A stretch of 32,000 nt of DNA from Candidatus Electrothrix sp. GW3-4. GTDB taxonomy: Bacteria; Desulfobacterota; Desulfobulbia; Desulfobulbales; Desulfobulbaceae. A program made the translations under genes and the position numbers. Positions 7,259-13,911 of the stretch are shown piece after piece. Every line of letters starts with the position of its first letter. Position 1 is the first letter of the stretch. The notes under the pieces were generated by a model. That model was not told where the DNA came from. It ran no database searches and worked only from the letters and a program-made list of their open reading frames with translations. The DNA lies in contig NZ_CP147990.1 of assembly GCF_037902255.1 (NCBI RefSeq), positions 3,810,001 to 3,842,000 on the forward strand, read 5' to 3'.

Positions 7259-10200
7259 TTAGCCAGAGGTACTGGAATCCTCAGCATCCATAAGCTGTTT
7301 TGCCAGCCGGGCCCATCCCTGTAACCCACCTTCCAGGCCAAGTTGCCCGGCCAGCCTTTCCAAGGCTGCCAATGCCTGGGCAAGGTTCATCTTACTGGCC
7401 CATAGATAGACCTGCACCCAGCAGCCCAGGGCCTCCGGCACCTCTTCATTTTGGATGTGGATATGGCCCATATTGAACATGGTAGCGCATAACCCGGCAA
7501 CGTCACCGATTTCCCGCTGTATTGCCAGCGACTGTTTCAGATAGTCCAGCGCGGTCTCGTAATCGCCTCGGGCGTCATAGATCTGTGAGATATTATTGAG
7601 GGTGGTTCCTTCACCGGATTTGTCACCGATTTCCCGCCTAATTGCCAGCGACTGTTTCAGATAGTCCAGCGCGGTCTCGTAATCGCCTCGGGCGTCATAG
7701 ATCTGTGAGATATTATTGAGGGTGGTTCCTTCACCGGATTTGTCACCGATTTCCCGCTGTATTGCCAGCGACTGTTTCAGATAGTCCAGCGCGGTCTCGT
7801 AATCGCCTCGGGCGTGATACAGTGCTGAGATATTATTGAGGGTGGTTCCTTCACCGGATTTGTCACCGATTTCCCGCTGTATTGCCAGCGACTGTTTCAG
7901 ATAGTCCAGCGCGGTCTCGTAATCGCCTCGGGCTTTGAAAATCTGTGAGATATTATTGAGGGTGGTTCCTTCACCGGATTTGTCACCGATTTCCCGCCTA
8001 ATTGCCAGCGACTGTTTCAGATAGTCCAGCGCGGTCTCGTAATCGCCTCGGGCGTCATAGATCTGTGAGATATTATTGAGGGTGGTTCCTTCACCGGATT
8101 TGTCACCGATTTCCCGCCTAATTGCCAGCGACTGTTTCAGATAGTCCAGCGCGGTCTCGTAATCGCCTCGGGCTTTGAAAATCTGTGAGATATTATTGAG
8201 GGTGGTTCCTTCACCGGATTTGTCACCGATTTCCCGCCTAATTGCCAGCGACTGTTTCAGATAGTCCAGCGCCTCGGAGTAACTGCCGATATGCAGCAGC
8301 TGTTTACCGGTCTGGCCAAGGGCCTCGGCCCGTGTCTGCTCATCCTCAGATCGACAAATCGCAGGCAACCAATGTTCCAACAGGGCCTGGTATTGCCCAT
8401 CCCTACTCAACCAACCAACGATGTAATCCAGGGCCAAGCGGTCTGCCTCCTCCTGCCGCTCTGCCATTTGCAAGGCTTGATGACAGGTAATGATATGCTG
8501 TACACTTCGGTACTGCCCCTGCTCAAAAAGATAGATCAGGTAATCAGCCGCAAGGCTACGCAAAGGGGTGGCGGGCGGGCCAGCCTGTTGCGCCAGCAAC
8601 TCGCAGACCAGGGCCGGGCATTGATATTCCTCTGTCTGAAGCCGCGGATTCCAGCGCTGTTCCAACAGAGACAGGTCAAGTAATCGCTGCAAACATCCTT
8701 CCGGGTTCGGCAAATCCAGGCCCAATTTGACCAAACCCTCCAGGGGCACCGGCACCGGATAGACCGGCAGCCGTTCCAACAGGCCCTTCTCCTCTGGGCT
8801 CAGCCGAGTGATGATCTCCTCCAGGCACATATTGACCTGAATCTCTTCCCTGGCCCGCTCCAGGGCAAGAAACAGCTCTTCTTCCTCCCGAGCATTCATC
8901 TCCTTGATCGCAGCAGCAAAGAACTCCAATCCTCGCCCGTTGCCGTGCAGGACCTCATAGGCCCGACGCAAACGTTTTCGGTCCCCGTAAAAAGAAAAGG
9001 GGAGACGGAGTTGGCGGGCCATGGCAAGAAAATCACCGTAGTTTGTTTTCCCCAAGGACTGATGATCTGCCGCAGGCCAGTCCGGCAAACAATGGCGGGA
9101 GGTGAGCAGAAGGATCAAGCCCTTGCCAACAAATTTACGAGCAGCAGCCAACCAGCTCCGCACGCTTTCATTGCTGATCTCCAGACTGTCCCTCTCCTGA
9201 AGAGACTCCAGGTTATCAAGGACCAGGACCAGTGTATTGCCCGTGGCCCGAAGCAGCTCTTCCAGCAACATTTCCAGACGGTCCTGCTCGTTATCCAGAT
9301 TGGCTTCCAGGTCTTTATAGAAGTCCCGTGTCTCCTCTGGTCCCAGCAGTCGTCTGAGCAATCCTCTTACCCGAAAGGTAAATTTCTTCAGACGTTGCTC
9401 GGTCTCTTCCTCATCCAACCCAGCCTGAAAAACCAGCGAGGTAAAGCCCCGGCGCTCCAGATCCAGGGCCAGCTTACCAGCCAACGCGGTTTTGCCCTGG
9501 CCCCCCGGCCCGGTGAGCAGTAACTGGCCAGCGTGTTCCCGGAACAGCCTCCTCCTAATCCGGCGCAGCTCCGAACGCCGCCCGATAAAGAGCGGTGGCA
9601 GGGTGAGATCCCCCAGTCCCCGACTCAGCGGCACCTGCGGCGGCTTGGGGGCAAAGTTCCAGTCAATCAGGGGCCGGGCCGGGTCCTGAGTAAAGAGCAT
9701 GGGCAGGCACCACTGCCCTCGACTTAACTCCACAGCCCCACTCAGCTCGCTGTTATCCCGCAGGACGCCGCTTCCTTCCGATGATCCTGCTGCTTGCTGG
9801 ATAGCCTGCCGGGCCTCTTGCAGGGCCAGATCCACCCGCTCGCCCTGGGCCACGGCATCACAAAAGGCATGGGCCAGCAGGATACCGGCCAGGTCCTGCA
9901 ACGATTCCCGCATCCCAATGACCTGGGGAATCCCCTGCTGCGCCAAGCGACGAGCCAGGCCAGCAGTCAGCGACGTTGAGGCGGCCTTGCCGGACTCACA
10001 AGCCGAGAGGACCAGACATTCCACCGGGGCACCGATCAGGGCCGTTGCCAGCTCTTCCCCCTGCACCGCATGGCCCTGATCGATCTCATCCTCAAAAAGA
10101 AAGATACCAAAGGGCTCTTCGCCAGTATGAGGCTGGTGATAGAATTTGCCGTGCCCGGAAAGAAAGACAACATGCGGCCGAAAATTCCTCAGTAAGTCCT

Positions 10201-10756
10201 TAAAGGTGGAAAAACGGCCGTCATCAGGCATCTCCAGCTCTACCCGCCCCTCGGCAATCCGGGGCAGCAGGGCCTCCAGCACCCGTGCCTGCTCCTCTTC
10301 CACATCCAGGCGGCTGCGATGGGCATCCATATCATCGGGCAGGGCAGTGAAGAGCAGGACCCGCAAGGGGCCGGTCTCTAACGGTGCAGGTTCGGCCTGA
10401 TGCTCTTCTGGCACCGCAAGGGAACGGGACAGGGTAAAACGCGATTTCCTGCCCAGGAATCCCTGCTCCTGATGATAGAGGAGCTCCCAGGGCAGATATT
10501 GAATCTCGGCATCCCCGCTGCTGATCAAGATCGGCAGGACCTGATTGCCGAGCTTCCCCAGGGCCTCTTCCAGGCCCCCGTCCTGGTCCAGCACCTGCCA
10601 GAGATGCGCCCCAACTTGCTTCAGCGCCTCATCAGGAACGACATGATTTACGGCATAGGCCTGCTCCATGGCAGAGGCTTCACGCCGCAGGGCAGGATGC
10701 TGTTTCAGGAGATCAGCAGGCGGACAGAGGAGGAAGGACCTTTCGGCAACACGCAT
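7259..10756 (-). CDS. CHAT (caspase-like protease) - STAND/NACHT-type P-loop NTPase - TPR repeat fusion protein (NLR-like)
   Basis: 1165-aa ORF.
- CHAT: His-Cys dyad context VVFLSGHGKF (His202, nt 10151-10153) and CLVLSACESGKA (Cys253, nt 9998-10000).
- NTPase: Walker A LLTGPGGQGKTALAGKLA (Lys422, nt 9491-9493), Walker B LVLVLDNLES, and a GxP-like helical-arm motif LHGNGRGLEFF.
- C-terminus: seven 40-aa TPR units (consensus GDYETALDYLKQSLAIRREIGDKSGEGTTLNNISQIYDAR).
- A GGAGG RBS lies 6 nt upstream, inside the end of the preceding gene. Confidence 0.9.
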   Translation of the reverse strand: MRVAERSFLLCPPADLLKQHPALRREASAMEQAYAVNHVVPDEALKQVGAHLWQVLDQDGGLEEALGKLGNQVLPILISSGDAEIQYLPWELLYHQEQGFLGRKSRFTLSRSLAVPEEHQAEPAPLETGPLRVLLFTALPDDMDAHRSRLDVEEEQARVLEALLPRIAEGRVELEMPDDGRFSTFKDLLRNFRPHVVFLSGHGKFYHQPHTGEEPFGIFLFEDEIDQGHAVQGEELATALIGAPVECLVLSACESGKAASTSLTAGLARRLAQQGIPQVIGMRESLQDLAGILLAHAFCDAVAQGERVDLALQEARQAIQQAAGSSEGSGVLRDNSELSGAVELSRGQWCLPMLFTQDPARPLIDWNFAPKPPQVPLSRGLGDLTLPPLFIGRRSELRRIRRRLFREHAGQLLLTGPGGQGKTALAGKLALDLERRGFTSLVFQAGLDEEETEQRLKKFTFRVRGLLRRLLGPEETRDFYKDLEANLDNEQDRLEMLLEELLRATGNTLVLVLDNLESLQERDSLEISNESVRSWLAAARKFVGKGLILLLTSRHCLPDWPAADHQSLGKTNYGDFLAMARQLRLPFSFYGDRKRLRRAYEVLHGNGRGLEFFAAAIKEMNAREEEELFLALERAREEIQVNMCLEEIITRLSPEEKGLLERLPVYPVPVPLEGLVKLGLDLPNPEGCLQRLLDLSLLEQRWNPRLQTEEYQCPALVCELLAQQAGPPATPLRSLAADYLIYLFEQGQYRSVQHIITCHQALQMAERQEEADRLALDYIVGWLSRDGQYQALLEHWLPAICRSEDEQTRAEALGQTGKQLLHIGSYSEALDYLKQSLAIRREIGDKSGEGTTLNNISQIFKARGDYETALDYLKQSLAIRREIGDKSGEGTTLNNISQIYDARGDYETALDYLKQSLAIRREIGDKSGEGTTLNNISQIFKARGDYETALDYLKQSLAIQREIGDKSGEGTTLNNISALYHARGDYETALDYLKQSLAIQREIGDKSGEGTTLNNISQIYDARGDYETALDYLKQSLAIRREIGDKSGEGTTLNNISQIYDARGDYETALDYLKQSLAIQREIGDVAGLCATMFNMGHIHIQNEEVPEALGCWVQVYLWASKMNLAQALAALERLAGQLGLEGGLQGWARLAKQLMDAEDSSTSG
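7502..8270. repeat. Near-perfect 120-bp tandem repeat array (about 6.4 units) encoding the TPR sensor region
   Basis: The period of 120 is visible as alternate 60-nt lines repeating (7501/7621/7741 and so on). Units are identical except at two short cassettes: CTGTAT vs CCTAAT, and GCGTCATAGATCTGT vs GCGTGATACAGTGCT vs GCTTTGAAAATCTGT. Confidence 0.95.
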
Positions 10757-10758
10757 GA

Positions 10759-11013
10759 TTATTCCTCCGCTTCGACAGGGACAGGAGAAGGAAAGCTCCA
10801 GCCCTCTGTAGAGCTCTTCTCCTCCCCACCGCTACGAGTGATGGTATTATCGCGGATAATACGATATCTGTTCAGAGTAACTGTCCCGCTGGTACCGCAG
10901 TAGGGACATTGCACTCGAAGCCTGGGTTGCCCTTCCAGCTCAAGGGTCAATTCATAGATACGGTTGCAGTCCGAATTATAGCATCGTAAAGGCAGACGGC
11001 GAGTTTCTGACAT
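10759..11013 (-). CDS. Small zinc-ribbon protein (84 aa), translationally coupled to the CHAT-STAND gene
   Basis: Cys pairs CYNSDC and CPYC, about 25 residues apart, flank a beta-rich segment. The C-terminal tail is acidic and low-complexity (SGGEEKSSTEGWSFPSPVPVEAEE). The stop at 10759 lies 2 nt from the downstream ATG at 10756. A GAGGT RBS precedes the ATG. Confidence 0.7.
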   Translation of the reverse strand: MSETRRLPLRCYNSDCNRIYELTLELEGQPRLRVQCPYCGTSGTVTLNRYRIIRDNTITRSGGEEKSSTEGWSFPSPVPVEAEE

Positions 11014-11024
11014 GGCTCAATACC

Positions 11025-11492
11025 TCAATAATAGATGGAAAGAACGGCAGAGCAGATACCGATGAAGAGGAGAAGAGCAGACGGCAGAATCAACCGTCGC
11101 TTATGGCGGGCTGTTTTTTGAAAATAATCCCGGATCCCCAACGGGGCCTCATGGGCAAAGCTATCCTTCTCCATGATTCGCTCATCCACCTGCCAGGAAC
11201 GGGGCAGCAGAGCAAGTAGGGTCAGCACCAGGGCTGCCAGCCAGCAGAAAAAGGCGGCCGTGAGAAAAATGTTCATGGGAGCCATAGCCTTGGCCCCGGC
11301 AACCAGCTTGAGCACGGTGGCAAAGAGGCCGGGAATGGCCAGCTCCAGGGTGATGAGCCGCTCCGCCATCCGGTCCAATCGCTCGGACTGACCTGCCAGA
11401 TCCTCGGCGTACTTGCTGACCAGGACCTCTTCCACTGGGGTAACAGGATCCATATCCAGGATTTCTGCCTGTCTCAACTCTTCCGATGGCAT
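11025..11492 (-). CDS. Three-TM membrane protein (155 aa); first gene of the operon and a candidate membrane effector
   Basis: Strong RBS AAGGAGG upstream of the ATG at 11492. An acidic cytoplasmic N-terminus is followed by a hydrophobic hairpin (LITLELAIPGLFATVLKLVAG, MNIFLTAAFFCWLAALVLTLLALLP), a roughly 35-aa soluble linker and a terminal TM (LILPSALLLFIGICSAVLSIYY). An 11-nt gap separates it from the next gene. Confidence 0.7.
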   Translation of the reverse strand: MPSEELRQAEILDMDPVTPVEEVLVSKYAEDLAGQSERLDRMAERLITLELAIPGLFATVLKLVAGAKAMAPMNIFLTAAFFCWLAALVLTLLALLPRSWQVDERIMEKDSFAHEAPLGIRDYFQKTARHKRRLILPSALLLFIGICSAVLSIYY

Positions 11493-11707
11493 CGGCTTCC
11501 TCCTTACACTGGTTTTTCTATAGAATAGAAGCCTATATTACACTTCTTGTAAATTGCCAGCAACCCATAGAATGAGCTCTCTTTTTCCTGCTTACCAAAC
11601 AGAATACTTCCTCCAAAAACACCTATGCATTCTCCACAAGGACGTTTACAATACAGAATTACTAAAAACCAACATCATCCGGCAGATCAAAAACACACCA
11701 GAGCCCC

Positions 11708-12621
11708 ATGAAGATCCCCTACGGAGAAAGCAGCTTTAAAAAAATCAGAACTGGCGATTACCTGTACATCGACAAGACCGCCTACATCGCCCCCCTGGAG
11801 GAAGAAGGCTGCTTCAACATCCTGCTCCGCCCCCGCCGCTTCGGCAAAAGCCTCTTTCTCTCCACCCTCTGGCATTACTACGATGTCCACTATCAAGATC
11901 AATTTGGGTCCCTCTTTTCCGGGCTTGCCATCGGCGAAGCCCCTACCCCACTGCGCAACAGCTACCAGGTGCTCTTTATGGAGTTCAGTGGCATCCGCGA
12001 CAACAATACTGCAACAATCCTTGAGGATTTCCTCTTTGAAATCCGCAAACGACTCCGCATCTTCTAAGTAACAACACATTTATATTGTTGTTATTTGGAA
12101 ATTTGGTCCCGGGCGCAGGCCGGGGGGAGCGCTTTTTAGAGGATTACCAATACCCGCAAGAGGACATCAACCGCCTGGAAGCGGCAAGTGAACTCTCTCC
12201 TGCCTCCTTAATGAAGCTCTTTTTCGAAATAATCAGGGATCAAAAAATTTATCTGATGATCGACGAATACGATCATTTCGCCAATAGCCTGCTCGGCACC
12301 AGCCTGGAACGTTTTCAGGAGATCATCGGCAGGGGCGGCTTTGTCCGCAGCTTTTACGAGACCATAAAAACCGCGACAATGGAGGGCATTGTTGACCGCT
12401 TCTTCATCACCGGCGTCACCTCCATCACCCTGGACAGCCTGACCAGTGGCTTCAACATCGGCAATAATATTACCCACCACCAGGGATTCAATCAGGCCAT
12501 TGGCTTTACCCATGAGGAAGTCGCGACCACAATCCAGCCCCTGGTTACTGCCTGCGACCTTGAGCAGCCAGTTCCTGCCTGTAGGGCCGCTGAAAGACCT
12601 GTCCCAGATGTTCCGAGGTAA
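11708..12621 (+). pseudogene. Disrupted and truncated AAA-ATPase-like (PF09820-type, normally AAA-ATPase + PD-(D/E)XK_9) gene
   Basis: The N-terminus MKIPYGESSFKKIRTGDYLYIDKTAYI...LRPRRFGKSLFLSTL is the hallmark of this family. The frame ends at 12067 and homology resumes in another frame near 12130 (KIYLMIDEYDHFANSLL...FFITGVTSITLDSLTSGFNIG). Family-like sequence stops near 12546, and no C-terminal nuclease domain is present. Confidence 0.7.
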
Positions 12622-12866
12622 AGGCCAGTTTATAGGACTCGCCGGGCAGGGCCATAGAATCAAACTCGCCCAGAGGCAGGAGGGTTGAGAGGTCATTACT
12701 GCGATAGAGGGTGCGGACCTGCTCTATCAGGCGACGAAAGTATTGTTCACTTTACTCCAGGTCTTCTTCTGCATCTACAGCTTGTTTCGCCTTACTGAAC
12801 TCAAGGTCTTCATAATTAATATCATGCTCCCCATCGCCTGCTTGCGTGGCTATGCCCACTAAATCA

Positions 12867-13418
12867 TCAAAGGTAAGGCGGCTGTGACCTTGAACTACTG
12901 TTTTCCATACCTTTATCAGCATTAATTGTCAGAATATCAGTACCGTATTTCTCATGAATTACAGGCCATATTTCCTCAAGTCGATCGACAATAAAATCAC
13001 TGCTCACCTACCCCAATGTAAAAAACAAAAAAAGATCATCGTGTTCTGGCAGGAAGAAGCCGAAAGGAGTCAGTTTCTCTTTGACTCCCAAATCATGATC
13101 CTCGGCTTTAGTCAGAACGCGATTTCGTCCTCCTCGAGAGAAATTTCCTATATTCATTCGTGCTTTCGCATCAATCGATATTCGAACTTCTTTCGGATTA
13201 CTGTCCGCTTCTTCGTTGGCTTTATGAACCTGCTCGAATATCGCGTCAGTTTTTTGGCATGCTTCATATACCCCAAAAAGTAGTTGACACTTTTTGCAAG
13301 AACTGTGCCAAGCTATTAGCACAGGATAAGCCAAGCGCCTCCCCAACGGTTTGACTTTATGTGTATTGTAGCAGTTCTCTTGTTTGAGGTGAGATTCAAC
13401 CCATCCAGAAAGTGTCAA
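12867..13418 (-). pseudogene. ISAzo13-family (DDE_Tnp_ISAZ013-like) transposase remnant
   Basis: The motifs TDAIFEQVHKANEEAD, RISIDAKARMNIGNFSRGGRNRV, EDHD, KLTPFGFFLPEHDDLFLFFT, then (after an in-frame TAG at 13008-13010) SSDFIVDRLEEIWP and LTINADKGMENSSSRSQ match my memory of this transposase family. The N- and C-terminal portions are missing. No inverted terminal repeats identified. Confidence 0.6.
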
Positions 13419-13701
13419 CCGGCATATGAAACAAGCCAGTTTTTTCTATTTTTCTTGACTACTTTCTGCTTCCTGCGTCCCATCCCCTGCCGTTTTGCTC
13501 TCCTGCATGGCCCTTCCCTCCGCTCAGGGTGATCATTTTTTTTATAAATTTTATCAACGCATCAACCACGCATACTCTGTTTTCATAAAAAAGTAAAGAG
13601 AGAACTCTTGCAAAGTCAGCTTGTTGAAAAGAGAAGAAAAGGATATTCCAGACAGGTGGGGCCGTTTAATACGGATGCCGAAACGCTGTCTGGTCATCGA
13701 A

Positions 13702-13751
13702 GAAGCAGAGCTTCAGAAAAAAAAACAGTTCCCAAACCGGAGCTTGGGAAC
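13702..13751. repeat. REP-like two-hairpin element, copy 2 (inverted relative to copy 1)
   Basis: GAAGCAGAGCTTCA, then an A-rich spacer, then GTTCCCAAACCGGAGCTTGGGAAC. This is the reverse complement of the 6497-6541 element with a few substitutions. Confidence 0.7.
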
Positions 13752-13823
13752 CAGATCAATCAGATAAGCTATAGAGGGGTAGGTCCCTGTACCTGCCCAT
13801 TTATATACCGCACGGAACGTTCA

Positions 13824-13845
13824 GGGCGAACACAGGGGTTCGCCC
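13824..13845. repeat. GC-rich intergenic palindrome (GGGCGAAC-N6-GTTCGCCC)
   Basis: Perfect 8-bp inverted repeat in the 500-bp non-coding stretch between the transposase remnant and the Na/Pi symporter gene. I recall similar palindromes as dispersed repeats in other genomes, but I cannot verify that here. Confidence 0.5.
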
Positions 13846-13911
13846 CTACGACACAATCAAGAGGACAACTCTTATGATATTTTTTAAAAAGAGCAAAACA
13901 AAAGGCGTTTC

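Noticed and set aside
7207-7383. The 59-codon upstream extension of ORF 6547-7383 overlapping the CHAT gene, read either as the true start or as evidence for a frameshift fusion of the two proteins
   Set aside because: The extension translates to W/P/G-rich sequence typical of an off-frame read of GC-rich coding DNA. I see no slippery heptamer. The CHAT-gene frame ends cleanly with a plausible C-terminus.
7502-8270. The regular 120-bp repeats as a CRISPR array or other non-coding satellite
   Set aside because: There are no unique spacers: the whole period repeats. The array lies in frame inside a long ORF and translates to canonical 40-aa TPR units.
13824-13850. GGTTCGCCCC as the T-arm of a tRNA gene
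   Set aside because: No acceptor stem, D-arm or anticodon arm can be built around it. It is one half of a simple palindrome.
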